From an uncultured Azospirillum sp. (GTDB taxonomy: Bacteria > Pseudomonadota > Alphaproteobacteria > RF32 > CAG-239): a stretch of 64,000 nucleotides of DNA. This document shows positions 7,937-15,939 of the stretch, one piece after another (position 1 is the first letter of the stretch; the number at the start of each line of letters is the position of its first letter). A program made the position numbers and the translations under genes. The stretch lies in contig UQCS01000003.1 in assembly GCA_900539605.1 (NCBI GenBank), positions 7,172 through 71,171 on the forward strand, read 5' to 3'. The notes under the pieces are model-generated. The model worked only from the letters and a program-made list of their open reading frames with translations, did no database searches and was not told the DNA's origin.

Positions 7937-10567
7937 ATGACGACGACTGTAAATCAGATTAGAAGCACTTTTCTCAACTATTTTGCCGACAACGGACATA
8001 AAATTGTCCCGTCATCCCCGCTTGTGCCCGACAACGATCCGACCCTGATGTTCACCAACTCGGGTATGGTACAGTTTAAAAATATCCTTGCCGGCAACGA
8101 AACTCGCAATTATACCCGCGCCGCATCCTCGCAAAAAAGCGTGCGCGCCGGCGGCAAACACAACGACCTTGACAGCGTCGGTTACGACGTCCGCCATCAC
8201 ACTTTCTTTGAAATGCTCGGAAATTTTTCGTTCGGAGATTATTTTAAAGAAGGTGCCATTTGTTATGCCTGGGAACTGCTCACCAAACATTTTGACATCC
8301 CGGCCCAAAAATTGGCGGTAACCATTTACCATAATGACGAAGAAGCTTATCAGTTGTGGAAAAAAATTTCCGGCCTGTCCGACGACCGCATTATTCGCAT
8401 TGCCACTAAAGATAACTTCTGGCAAATGGGCGACACCGGTCCCTGCGGTCCGTGTTCCGAAATTTTTTACGACCACGGCCCCGAAGTCTGGGGCGGCCTG
8501 CCGGGCACTCCGGAAGAAGACGGCGACCGTTTTATCGAAATTTGGAACCTGGTATTTGACCAGTTCGAAGACTTGCCCGACGGCAGTCGGATCAATCTCA
8601 AAAAACCGTCCATTGATACCGGCATGGGGTTGGAACGTATTGCAGCCATTTTGCAGGGCGTTCACTCCAACTTTGACATCGACCTGTTTCAAAATCTGAT
8701 CAAATCGGTGGCCAATTTGGCCAACTCCGATCCCGAAGGACCGCTCAAGGCCTCTCATAACGTCATTGCCGACCATCTGCGTTCGGCCGCCTTTTTGATT
8801 GCCGACGGCGTGCTGCCTTCCAACGAAGGCCGCGGTTATGTTTTGCGCCGCATCATGCGTCGCGCCATGCGTCACATCCACCTGCTGGGTGTGCGGGAAC
8901 CGATGATGTACAAACTGTTACCCTCTCTGCAAAAGGAAATGGGCGAAACCTACCCCGAACTCTATCGTGCCGAAGCTTTGATCTCCGAAACCCTGAAAAC
9001 AGAAGAAAGCAAATTCATCCGCACATTGGAAAAAGGTTTGCGTCTGCTGGACGACGAAACCGCCGGTTTGAAAGAAGGCGATACCCTGCCCGGCAAAACC
9101 GCGTTCAAACTCTATGACACTTACGGTTTTCCGCTTGACCTCACTCAGGACGCACTCAAGGCCAAAAATATTGCTGTCGACACCGATGGTTTTGATCAGG
9201 CAATGGAACAACAACGCAACGAAGCGCGCAAAAACTGGGCCGGCTCCGGAGATGAGGGAATTGAAAAAATCTGGTTTGAATTGTTCGACCGGCTCGGCAA
9301 AACCGAATTTCTCGGATACAGTGCCCTTAAAGCCGACGGACAGGTAACAGCATTGGTCCAAAACGGACAACCGGTTGAACAGGTTGACAACGGCGAATTT
9401 TATCTGATTGCCAACCAATCCACATTTTACGGTGAATCCGGCGGCCAGGTCGGCGATATTGGACTGATCAAAGGCAACGGTTTTACCATTGAAGTGACTG
9501 ACGCCAAAAAGAAAATCGACGGCATGATTGTTCACGGCTGCAAAATGGTTGAAGGAACCGTAAAAACCGGCGACATTGCAAGTTTTGAAGTTGATTGTAA
9601 CAACCGGGCGCGGATTCGCGCCAACCACTCGGTAACCCACCTGCTCCATCGGGCTTTGCGCGACATTTTGGGAGATCATGTCACCCAAAAAGGATCTTAC
9701 GTCTGCGCCGGCCGGGCACGTTTTGACATCTCGCACCCCAAACAAATCACCGCCGAGGAACTGCGCCGTGCCGAAGACATCGTCAATGTAGCCGTTCGCA
9801 AAAACTATAAGACCGTAACCCGCATTATGACTCCGGACGAAGCCATCAAATGCGGCGCAATGGCCCTGTTCGGCGAAAAATATGGTGAAACGGTCCGGGT
9901 GGTTAGCATGGAAAACGACCAGGAGACGTTCTCGCGCGAACTTTGCGGCGGTACCCATGTCAACTCGACCGGAGATATCGGCTATTTTAACATTGTCAGC
10001 GAAAGCGCCGTTGCGGCCGGTATCCGCCGGGTTGAATTTGTCACCGGCCACGCTGCCGAACAATATGCTCAGGATATTGAAGACAAACTGCATCATATCA
10101 GCCAGATACTGAAAACCAACCCTCATGACCTTGAGGCTCGCATTAATTTGCTGCTGGAAGACAAGAAAAGGCTGGAAGCTCAGATTCTTAATATCAAGAA
10201 GCAATTTGTCAGCCACAAAACTGCCGATAATCAGGACAAAATTGAAACCATCAACGGCATCAAATTTGTTGCCAAACAAATCGACAATGTTCAAGCCAAA
10301 GAATTGAAAGCGTTTGTCGATGAGATCAAAGAACAGATCAAAAGCGGCATTATTGCTCTCTTCAGCTGCAATGACGGCAAAGTTTCGGCCGTTATCGGCG
10401 TTACCGACGATCTGATTGCTCAATATTCAGCCGTCAGCCTGATCAAGGAAGTGGCACCGTTTATCGGTGCCAACGGCGGCGGCGGCCGTCCCGACATGGC
10501 TCAGACCGGCGGCGCCGAGACCAACCGTTTGAGCGAAGCAATGGACGCACTGCGCCGAATCATCTGA
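7937..10567 (+). CDS. alaS: Alanine--tRNA ligase
   Basis: 876 aa. It begins IRSTFLNYFADNGHKIVPSSPLVP and has FTNSGMVQFK, GDTGPCGPCSEIFYDHG and the HSVTHLLHRAL editing-domain motif. The ATG at 7937 is chosen over the TTG at 7931. Confidence 0.95.
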   Translation: MTTTVNQIRSTFLNYFADNGHKIVPSSPLVPDNDPTLMFTNSGMVQFKNILAGNETRNYTRAASSQKSVRAGGKHNDLDSVGYDVRHHTFFEMLGNFSFGDYFKEGAICYAWELLTKHFDIPAQKLAVTIYHNDEEAYQLWKKISGLSDDRIIRIATKDNFWQMGDTGPCGPCSEIFYDHGPEVWGGLPGTPEEDGDRFIEIWNLVFDQFEDLPDGSRINLKKPSIDTGMGLERIAAILQGVHSNFDIDLFQNLIKSVANLANSDPEGPLKASHNVIADHLRSAAFLIADGVLPSNEGRGYVLRRIMRRAMRHIHLLGVREPMMYKLLPSLQKEMGETYPELYRAEALISETLKTEESKFIRTLEKGLRLLDDETAGLKEGDTLPGKTAFKLYDTYGFPLDLTQDALKAKNIAVDTDGFDQAMEQQRNEARKNWAGSGDEGIEKIWFELFDRLGKTEFLGYSALKADGQVTALVQNGQPVEQVDNGEFYLIANQSTFYGESGGQVGDIGLIKGNGFTIEVTDAKKKIDGMIVHGCKMVEGTVKTGDIASFEVDCNNRARIRANHSVTHLLHRALRDILGDHVTQKGSYVCAGRARFDISHPKQITAEELRRAEDIVNVAVRKNYKTVTRIMTPDEAIKCGAMALFGEKYGETVRVVSMENDQETFSRELCGGTHVNSTGDIGYFNIVSESAVAAGIRRVEFVTGHAAEQYAQDIEDKLHHISQILKTNPHDLEARINLLLEDKKRLEAQILNIKKQFVSHKTADNQDKIETINGIKFVAKQIDNVQAKELKAFVDEIKEQIKSGIIALFSCNDGKVSAVIGVTDDLIAQYSAVSLIKEVAPFIGANGGGGRPDMAQTGGAETNRLSEAMDALRRII

Positions 10568-10592
10568 CAACCTTCTGCAACGGGATAAAAGT

Positions 10593-11321
10593 ATGTTTAA
10601 GCCACTTAAAATACCGGTAAAATTCAAAAAAATCAACCTGTATAATAGGTATTGGCAAGCCCAAGATTATCACTTCCGCGATTATTTGCATACTTTTACC
10701 CGCCAGTTGAAAGTTGACGTCAACAAATCGTTTCGTCGTGAATTGTACCGCAAACTGATCCACCTGAGTTCTTTATGGATTCCGCTGACCATCTACTTCA
10801 TTCGCGAAGAAATCACGGTCGGCTTGTTTACACTCATCTTTATCGGCAACGGGTTGCTTGAATACGGAAATTTTAAAAAATGGAAATGGGCAAGAATCAT
10901 ATTCGGAGGTCTGTTCTCCAAAACCCTGCGCCGCAAAGAAAGTGCCCGTAGCCATTTTCAGTTTACCGGTTCCATGTACGTCATGTCGGCAGCCGTTCTG
11001 TGCACCGTTTTTTTCAACAAACCGGTTGCCGTCATTGCCATGACGGTAATGCTGGTTTCCGATGCCTGTTCCGCTTTGTTCGGTAAAGCTTACGGCACCC
11101 GTCAGATTTACCACAACAAATCTCTTGAAGGAACAACGGCCTTCTTTGTCAGTGCCCTGCTGATCAATATGCTGTTTCATAATTTGGAACCGTTTGGCTA
11201 TGTCAGCGTAATTGCCTGTGTTTTGGCCACTTTAGCCGAAGTTTACGAAGAGAAAACCCGGGTTGACGACAATTTGGCCATTCCGCTGGTTATCGGCTTA
11301 TGCCTGACTTTTCTCAACTGA
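10593..11321 (+). CDS. Polytopic membrane protein of the CTP-dependent polyprenol/diacylglycerol kinase (CTP_transf_1, dolichol/phytol kinase-like) family
   Basis: 242 aa with multiple TM segments. The block SDACSALFGKAYGTRQIYHNKSLEGTTAFF resembles the conserved D..A..G...G...KS.EG motif of this family. Confidence 0.55.
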   Translation: MFKPLKIPVKFKKINLYNRYWQAQDYHFRDYLHTFTRQLKVDVNKSFRRELYRKLIHLSSLWIPLTIYFIREEITVGLFTLIFIGNGLLEYGNFKKWKWARIIFGGLFSKTLRRKESARSHFQFTGSMYVMSAAVLCTVFFNKPVAVIAMTVMLVSDACSALFGKAYGTRQIYHNKSLEGTTAFFVSALLINMLFHNLEPFGYVSVIACVLATLAEVYEEKTRVDDNLAIPLVIGLCLTFLN

Positions 11322-11330
11322 ACCACCCTC

Positions 11331-11852
11331 ATGAAACTGTATCATTATATAAGCAAAGGAAATTCGGCACTGGAAGACGGTATTTTTTCTTTCGCCAACA
11401 ATCCGCAGGCAGAGCTCAGTTATTATTACAAACGTTCCGGTACCGATACCCATCGGGGGATCGTCCAATGGATGGAAAGTTGCTTCAGCGGTCGCAGCCG
11501 CGGCATCAGAGCTTTTACAGAGCCGATACAATGGACTGAAAACAGTTTGTGCCTAAAAAAGTTTATTGAAAATGCAGATATGTTTGCAATCGATCTCGAA
11601 GCTCTAAAACGCGACAATCTGTTAGAAGCCGTGTACGTCAGCCCGCCTGTGTCCGAAGTTCCCGGCATCAGCGAACAAAACACTTTCGATGAGATTCTCT
11701 TCAAACTGAATGACACCGATGAGATCAGCACTTCTCCGGTCGACTGGAACGCCTGCAACGACAAACTGGGACGCCGGTTTGCTTATGTTCGCTATTACCT
11801 GATCATCATCAAAGGCGGTATTATTCCGCCGCAATACATCACCAAAGAATAA
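11331..11852 (+). CDS. Hypothetical protein (173 aa), no family recognised
   Basis: The ORF starts 9 nt after the preceding stop and is followed by a bidirectional terminator. It has no TM segment or signal peptide. Confidence 0.5.
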   Translation: MKLYHYISKGNSALEDGIFSFANNPQAELSYYYKRSGTDTHRGIVQWMESCFSGRSRGIRAFTEPIQWTENSLCLKKFIENADMFAIDLEALKRDNLLEAVYVSPPVSEVPGISEQNTFDEILFKLNDTDEISTSPVDWNACNDKLGRRFAYVRYYLIIIKGGIIPPQYITKE

Positions 11853-11877
11853 TAATCAGTCTTATCTCTCAACAACA

Positions 11878-11911
11878 AAGCGGGCTCTCTTCGTCAAGAC
11901 AGCCCGCTTTT
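11878..11911. terminator. Bidirectional terminator between convergent genes
   Basis: AAAGCGGGCT ... AGCCCGCTTT inverted repeat with a 14-nt loop. Confidence 0.6.
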
Positions 11912-11931
11912 ATCCTAACACCGAATTTATT

Positions 11932-12927
11932 TTACTGCTGTTCAAGATCTCTTGCGGATTGAACAAACTCCTCAAAACTGCCTGACTTTTCAAACAGATC
12001 AAAATTGTCGTCCATAAATTCGCAATATTCCTGCGGTGACAGCAGCCGGTCATATTCCGGTTTCCATGCCAGATCATTGACATTTTTTCCTTCTTGATTC
12101 GCCAGTTCAAGCAGAATCAAAAACTTGCGTTCATCATCAAACTCTTGGTCGATGTTCTTTTTGTAATTTTCCAAAACATTTTCCAACTGTATTTTAAAGA
12201 GCCGGTCTTTGTTTACCCATTTTTCCACCGTAGCAATCTCTGCCTGATAGGTCGTACGAAACTGTTCCGGAAGCTTCTTTAAGTCCACGCCCTGAGCATG
12301 ACAATAATTGCCGATTGCATTTGAATAACGCTCAATAACACCATACGCAAAAGCCATTTTTCCTTCCTGCTCTACCGTCAACCTGTTGTTAAACAGATAA
12401 AAATAACCGCCGACAAAAATCAACCCCAAAAAAGCAAGCACCACCGACAGATCACGGCCATAATTCGCGCGACCGGCCATTTTGTATTTATGACGATAGT
12501 TCTCGATTCGAAAAGCGCTCAGGGTTGCACCGACAATAATTATCCACCAAATGACCGCCACAATTGGAGTTGACTTTGGGTTACCAAGATCCATATACAG
12601 TGCACCGGCTTTATCAACAGTATAAAGCAACGCAAACAGCAGCAAAGACCAGCGATACCCTTTTACATTAAGATACAGTAACGGGCACAAAACAAAAGAA
12701 TAAGCTATTGCATTCTCATAATTGTCCGTTATTACCGCAGCTACCCAGGTCAGGATTAGAACAAGTGCCGCCGGCCAAAAACGTAAAGACGCATACCATT
12801 TGGTTTGTTGATAGTTCTTTGCACATTCACGAATATCTTCGCGATCCGCCCATAAAGTTGCGCTCATCCAATTTCTGTTTTGTTCTTTTTTTATCTCAGG
12901 CTGTTGTTGGTCATTATTTTCAGTCAT
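11932..12927 (-). CDS. Hypothetical membrane protein: about 5 TM segments plus a ~150-aa acidic soluble C-terminal domain
   Basis: 331-aa ORF starting 10 nt downstream of the MazG-like gene stop on the same strand. No family recognised. Confidence 0.55.
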   Translation of the reverse strand: MTENNDQQQPEIKKEQNRNWMSATLWADREDIRECAKNYQQTKWYASLRFWPAALVLILTWVAAVITDNYENAIAYSFVLCPLLYLNVKGYRWSLLLFALLYTVDKAGALYMDLGNPKSTPIVAVIWWIIIVGATLSAFRIENYRHKYKMAGRANYGRDLSVVLAFLGLIFVGGYFYLFNNRLTVEQEGKMAFAYGVIERYSNAIGNYCHAQGVDLKKLPEQFRTTYQAEIATVEKWVNKDRLFKIQLENVLENYKKNIDQEFDDERKFLILLELANQEGKNVNDLAWKPEYDRLLSPQEYCEFMDDNFDLFEKSGSFEEFVQSARDLEQQ

Positions 12928-12937
12928 ATCAAAATTC

Positions 12938-13342
12938 CTAGTCTTTTTTTTGTTTCATATATTCGGGAGAAAAACCGTGGGGATGTCGGGCGCGAAGCTT
13001 TTCCACATTGTGGCGGATAACATCATCCCAGCTGACGTTTAAAGCAATAGCGGCTTGCGCAACATACCAACAAACGTCACTCAACTCGTCAATTAGTTTC
13101 TGTCGATTTTCTTCATTGAGTTCTTTGCCGTGGAATTTGAGTTTTTTCCACAGATCACCGATTTCTCCCGCTTCGCCGCACAAACCGGCGGCAGCCATAT
13201 CCATTCGCGCAAAATTGCCGTTCAGCCATTTTGAAAGCTCTTGTCCACGTTCCAAGAAAGCGTCATCATTCTTCCCCAACGGCGAAGCAACCTCATCGAC
13301 AAATTTAGAATATTCATCAAAAAATTTCTTTATATCATCCAT
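12938..13342 (-). CDS. MazG-like nucleoside triphosphate pyrophosphohydrolase domain protein
   Basis: 134 aa. GLCGEAGEIGDLWKK (ExxE) and LIDELSDVCWYV (E..D) match the all-alpha NTP-PPase metal-binding motifs. Confidence 0.7.
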   Translation of the reverse strand: MDDIKKFFDEYSKFVDEVASPLGKNDDAFLERGQELSKWLNGNFARMDMAAAGLCGEAGEIGDLWKKLKFHGKELNEENRQKLIDELSDVCWYVAQAAIALNVSWDDVIRHNVEKLRARHPHGFSPEYMKQKKD

Positions 13343-13355
13343 TTAATTATCCTTA

Positions 13356-14141
13356 TTAAACTGCAACTTTAGCTTTTATTGCTTCGTAGCAATGATAATC
13401 TACCAGCTCAAAATCTTCATATTTAAACTGATTGATGTCTTTGACGGCCGGATTGATTTTCATCTGCGGCAAATTCAAAGGCTTACGTTGCAACTGTTCT
13501 TTTACCTGCTCAAAATGATTATGATAAATATGCGTATCACCGAGAGTATGTACAAATTCTCCCGGCTGCAGGCCGCAAACCTGAGCAATCATCATCGTGA
13601 GTAACGCGTAGGAAGCAATGTTGAACGGTACACCGAGAAACATATCGCAACTGCGCTGATACAACATGCACGAAAGTTTGTTGTCAGCAACATAAAACTG
13701 AAACATCATATGACACGGCGGCAGACGCATTTCGGCGATTTTACCGACGTTCCAGGCCGAAACGATCATGCGGCGATCGTTAGGATTATGCTTAAGCTTT
13801 TCAATCACTTCTGCCAGTTGATCTATACCCTCGCCGTTCCAATTGCGCCACTGCGAACCGTAAACCGGCCCCAAATCGCCGTTTTCGTCCGCCCATTCGT
13901 TCCAAATCCGCACACCGTTTTCCTGCAAATAACGAATGTTGGTTTCACCTTTGATAAACCACAACAATTCATGAACAATGCTTTTGAGATGCATTTTTTT
14001 TGTTGTCATCAACGGAAAACCCTTTTGCAGGTCAAACCTCATCTGGCGCCCAAACACCGATCTAGTGCCGGTTCCGGTACGATCCATTTTATCAACGCCG
14101 TTTTCCATGATATCATTAAGCAAATCTAAATATTGCTGCAT
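13356..14141 (-). CDS. thyA: Thymidylate synthase (ThyA type)
   Basis: 261 aa with [24 protein letters not shown] (catalytic Cys) and [16 protein letters not shown]. Confidence 0.95.
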   Translation of the reverse strand: MQQYLDLLNDIMENGVDKMDRTGTGTRSVFGRQMRFDLQKGFPLMTTKKMHLKSIVHELLWFIKGETNIRYLQENGVRIWNEWADENGDLGPVYGSQWRNWNGEGIDQLAEVIEKLKHNPNDRRMIVSAWNVGKIAEMRLPPCHMMFQFYVADNKLSCMLYQRSCDMFLGVPFNIASYALLTMMIAQVCGLQPGEFVHTLGDTHIYHNHFEQVKEQLQRKPLNLPQMKINPAVKDINQFKYEDFELVDYHCYEAIKAKVAV

Positions 14142-14716
14142 CAGTCCAGTCCTTCTTCAATAGCTTTGACAATTCTTTTAAGTACATCCTGTTCGACAAA
14201 CTCTCCCTTACGGACCAGGATTCGAGTCGTAATATTATCCAGTTCATAATCGCGGGAAATTTGCCGATAATTTTTATTTAAACTCTCAATACAGGGAGTT
14301 ATACAAACCTTTTCGCCTTTAACATCAAGATCAAGAGGACCGTGATAAACACAATCGACCACAATTTCCGGCATCAGTTTGGCCCCACCGGTCATAAACA
14401 GCTTATAAACGGTGGCACCGCCGGCAATATAAAGATCTTCGTCCCATTCCTTGAACAAATTAACATCGTTAACCACGGCATGCTTTTCGGGATCAGAAAC
14501 CTGATAAGCCGCATCTAGCGTCAACACATAAATTTTGCGGTCGGGAAGCGTACGATTAGGAAAACTTTCATAGGTCGTCTGCCCCGCAACCAGGTTTTGA
14601 CCTTCGGTGATGCGGCGAAACCGCTGAAAATCCGACTTTACATGCCACGGAATTTTCGGCCCGATACCGATAACATTATCATCCTGATGACGGCACCAGA
14701 TTGCAACTTTGGTCAT
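14141..14716 (-). CDS. folA: Dihydrofolate reductase-like protein with a C-terminal extension
   Basis: 191 aa with [43 protein letters not shown] and [11 protein letters not shown]. Its stop overlaps the thyA start by 1 nt (TGATG). Confidence 0.7.
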   Translation of the reverse strand: MTKVAIWCRHQDDNVIGIGPKIPWHVKSDFQRFRRITEGQNLVAGQTTYESFPNRTLPDRKIYVLTLDAAYQVSDPEKHAVVNDVNLFKEWDEDLYIAGGATVYKLFMTGGAKLMPEIVVDCVYHGPLDLDVKGEKVCITPCIESLNKNYRQISRDYELDNITTRILVRKGEFVEQDVLKRIVKAIEEGLD

Positions 14717-14818
14717 TTTTTCCCTTTCATTGTGCTTTTACGACCGCGATTTTAACACCTCGGCGTCGCTTGACAAGTCCGTCGCGCAAGTTATCACACA
14801 ATTATTTATGCAAACCAC

Positions 14819-14847
14819 TTGCAAAATATCTTTTAATCGCCTAAAAT
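14819..14847 (+). promoter_or_regulatory. Candidate sigma-70 type promoter for the tmRNA gene
   Basis: TTGCAA, 17 nt spacer, TAAAAT. The predicted start near 14854 is about 80 nt upstream of the acceptor-piece CCA. Confidence 0.4.
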
Positions 14848-14853
14848 ATAAGT

Positions 14854-15165
14854 GTTGATCAATCAACTATGACACTAGAGGCTATGTGGAATAGATATTC
14901 TGGACCCGGGGGCAGTACCCGGCGCCTCCACCAAAATTTTCAACGGGGGCGAGACAGGATTGACAGGGTATAATAAAGGCATTTTGCTGTGTTCGGTGAG
15001 ATACCACCGTTATCGGTTCAAAATAAAATGAATGCTAACGATAATGAATTAGCACCTGTTGCTTTGGCTGCTTAATTGGTAGCTGCAACAAACGCAAATC
15101 CTCATAACTATGGTTAGTTGTGAGTGGGGAGTGAGCCACCCAGCAACAGAACGGCTCATTTTTTA
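14854..15165 (+). ncRNA. ssrA: Two-piece (circularly permuted) tmRNA gene
   Basis: - The acceptor piece ends in T-arm CCGGG-GGCAGTA-CCCGG, then CGCCTCC-A-CCA (CCA at 14931-14933).
- After an 11-nt spacer the coding piece starts GGGGGCGAGACAGGATTGACAGGG (14945).
- GGGGGCG pairs with CGCCTCC, including the G3:U70 alanine identity wobble.
- The tag reading frame at 15034-15075 (GCT AAC GAT AAT GAA TTA GCA CCT GTT GCT TTG GCT GCT TAA) encodes ANDNELAPVALAA.
- A terminal hairpin and T-run lie at 15132-15165.
- The 5' and 3' ends given are approximate. Confidence 0.8.
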
Positions 15166-15191
15166 AGTTTAAAAAGAGGAAACGGCCGCAA

Positions 15192-15647
15192 ATGGAAAAA
15201 TATTTAAATGAAATCAATTATGACCGGTTGGTGGAAAACGCCCTGAAACACGTCGTCATTGATGCTTTAAAAATTGTTGAAAAACAAGGACTGCCCGGCG
15301 ACCATCACTTTTATATCGCTTTTCGTACCGATTATCCGGGGGTGCAGATAGATGAACTGATCCGCAGCCAATACCCCAAAGAAATGACTATTGTGCTGCA
15401 AAACCAGTTTTCCGACCTCAAAGTTGGTGCCGCGGGGTTCAGCGTCACACTCAAATTCAGCCGCGTTCCCTATGTTTTAGAAATTCCTTTTGCCGCAGTA
15501 ACCTATTTTGGGGATCCGAGTGTTCGTTTCGGCATCAGTTTCGGAAGCGAACTCGACAGTAACACGCCCGAAGCCGAAGCGACGCCGGCCCGTAAAAACG
15601 CCGACGTGGTCTCCATCGACGCTTTTCGGAAAAACGGCAATGCTTAA
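15192..15647 (+). CDS. sspB: Alpha-proteobacterial type SspB (ClpXP adaptor for ssrA-tagged proteins)
   Basis: 151 aa. YDRLVENALKHVVIDALKIVEKQGLPGDHHFYIAFRTDYPGVQI and IVLQNQF..L.V....F.V.L.F match the SspB-alpha family pattern. The gene lies directly downstream of ssrA. Confidence 0.75.
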   Translation: MEKYLNEINYDRLVENALKHVVIDALKIVEKQGLPGDHHFYIAFRTDYPGVQIDELIRSQYPKEMTIVLQNQFSDLKVGAAGFSVTLKFSRVPYVLEIPFAAVTYFGDPSVRFGISFGSELDSNTPEAEATPARKNADVVSIDAFRKNGNA

Positions 15648-15858
15648 AAAGTCGGTTATTATCGCCGGACGCCACTATACCAGCATTTCACTCGAAAAAG
15701 AGTTTTTTGACGAGTTGCTTAATATCTGCAACCGGCGCAATATTTCTCTCAATCAACTGATCACGGAAATAGATACCGGACGAAGCGAAAAAAACAATCT
15801 TTCATCGGCCGTACGCATTTATATCCTCAATAGTCTCAAAAAGCAAATTTCGGCTTAA
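15640..15858 (+). CDS. Small ribbon-helix-helix (RHH_4-like) domain protein
   Basis: 72 aa: MLKKSVIIAGRHYTSISLEKEFFDELLNICNRRNISLNQLITEIDTGR...NLSSAVRIYIL. This matches the pattern of the small alphaproteobacterial RHH family. The ATG at 15640 overlaps the sspB stop by 8 nt. Confidence 0.6.
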   Translation: MLKKSVIIAGRHYTSISLEKEFFDELLNICNRRNISLNQLITEIDTGRSEKNNLSSAVRIYILNSLKKQISA

Positions 15859-15939
15859 TATTCTAATAAAGATTGCTTACTCTTTCTTTTTGCGTTAACA
15901 TGTTCCTCATTATAATTTTCAACAAGCGGAGCTTGTGTC

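Noticed and set aside
8012-10423. 289-aa and 501-aa minus-strand ORFs
   Set aside because: They are antisense to alaS, whose identity is unambiguous. These are frame-shadow ORFs.
11331-11852. N-terminal LYHY...N......G pattern reminiscent of DarT-type ADP-ribosyltransferases
   Set aside because: The spacing does not match well. No downstream catalytic Glu context or partner macrodomain (DarG-like) gene is present. The resemblance is too weak to report as a call.
14717-14860. DnaA-box-like TTATCACACA, and CtrA-box-like TTAA pairs here and upstream of 21187, 51690 and 52800
   Set aside because: By-eye scanning found no exact TTATNCACA and no TTAA-N7-TTAA spacing. The nearest pairs are spaced N9 or N23. 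A proper PWM scan is needed.
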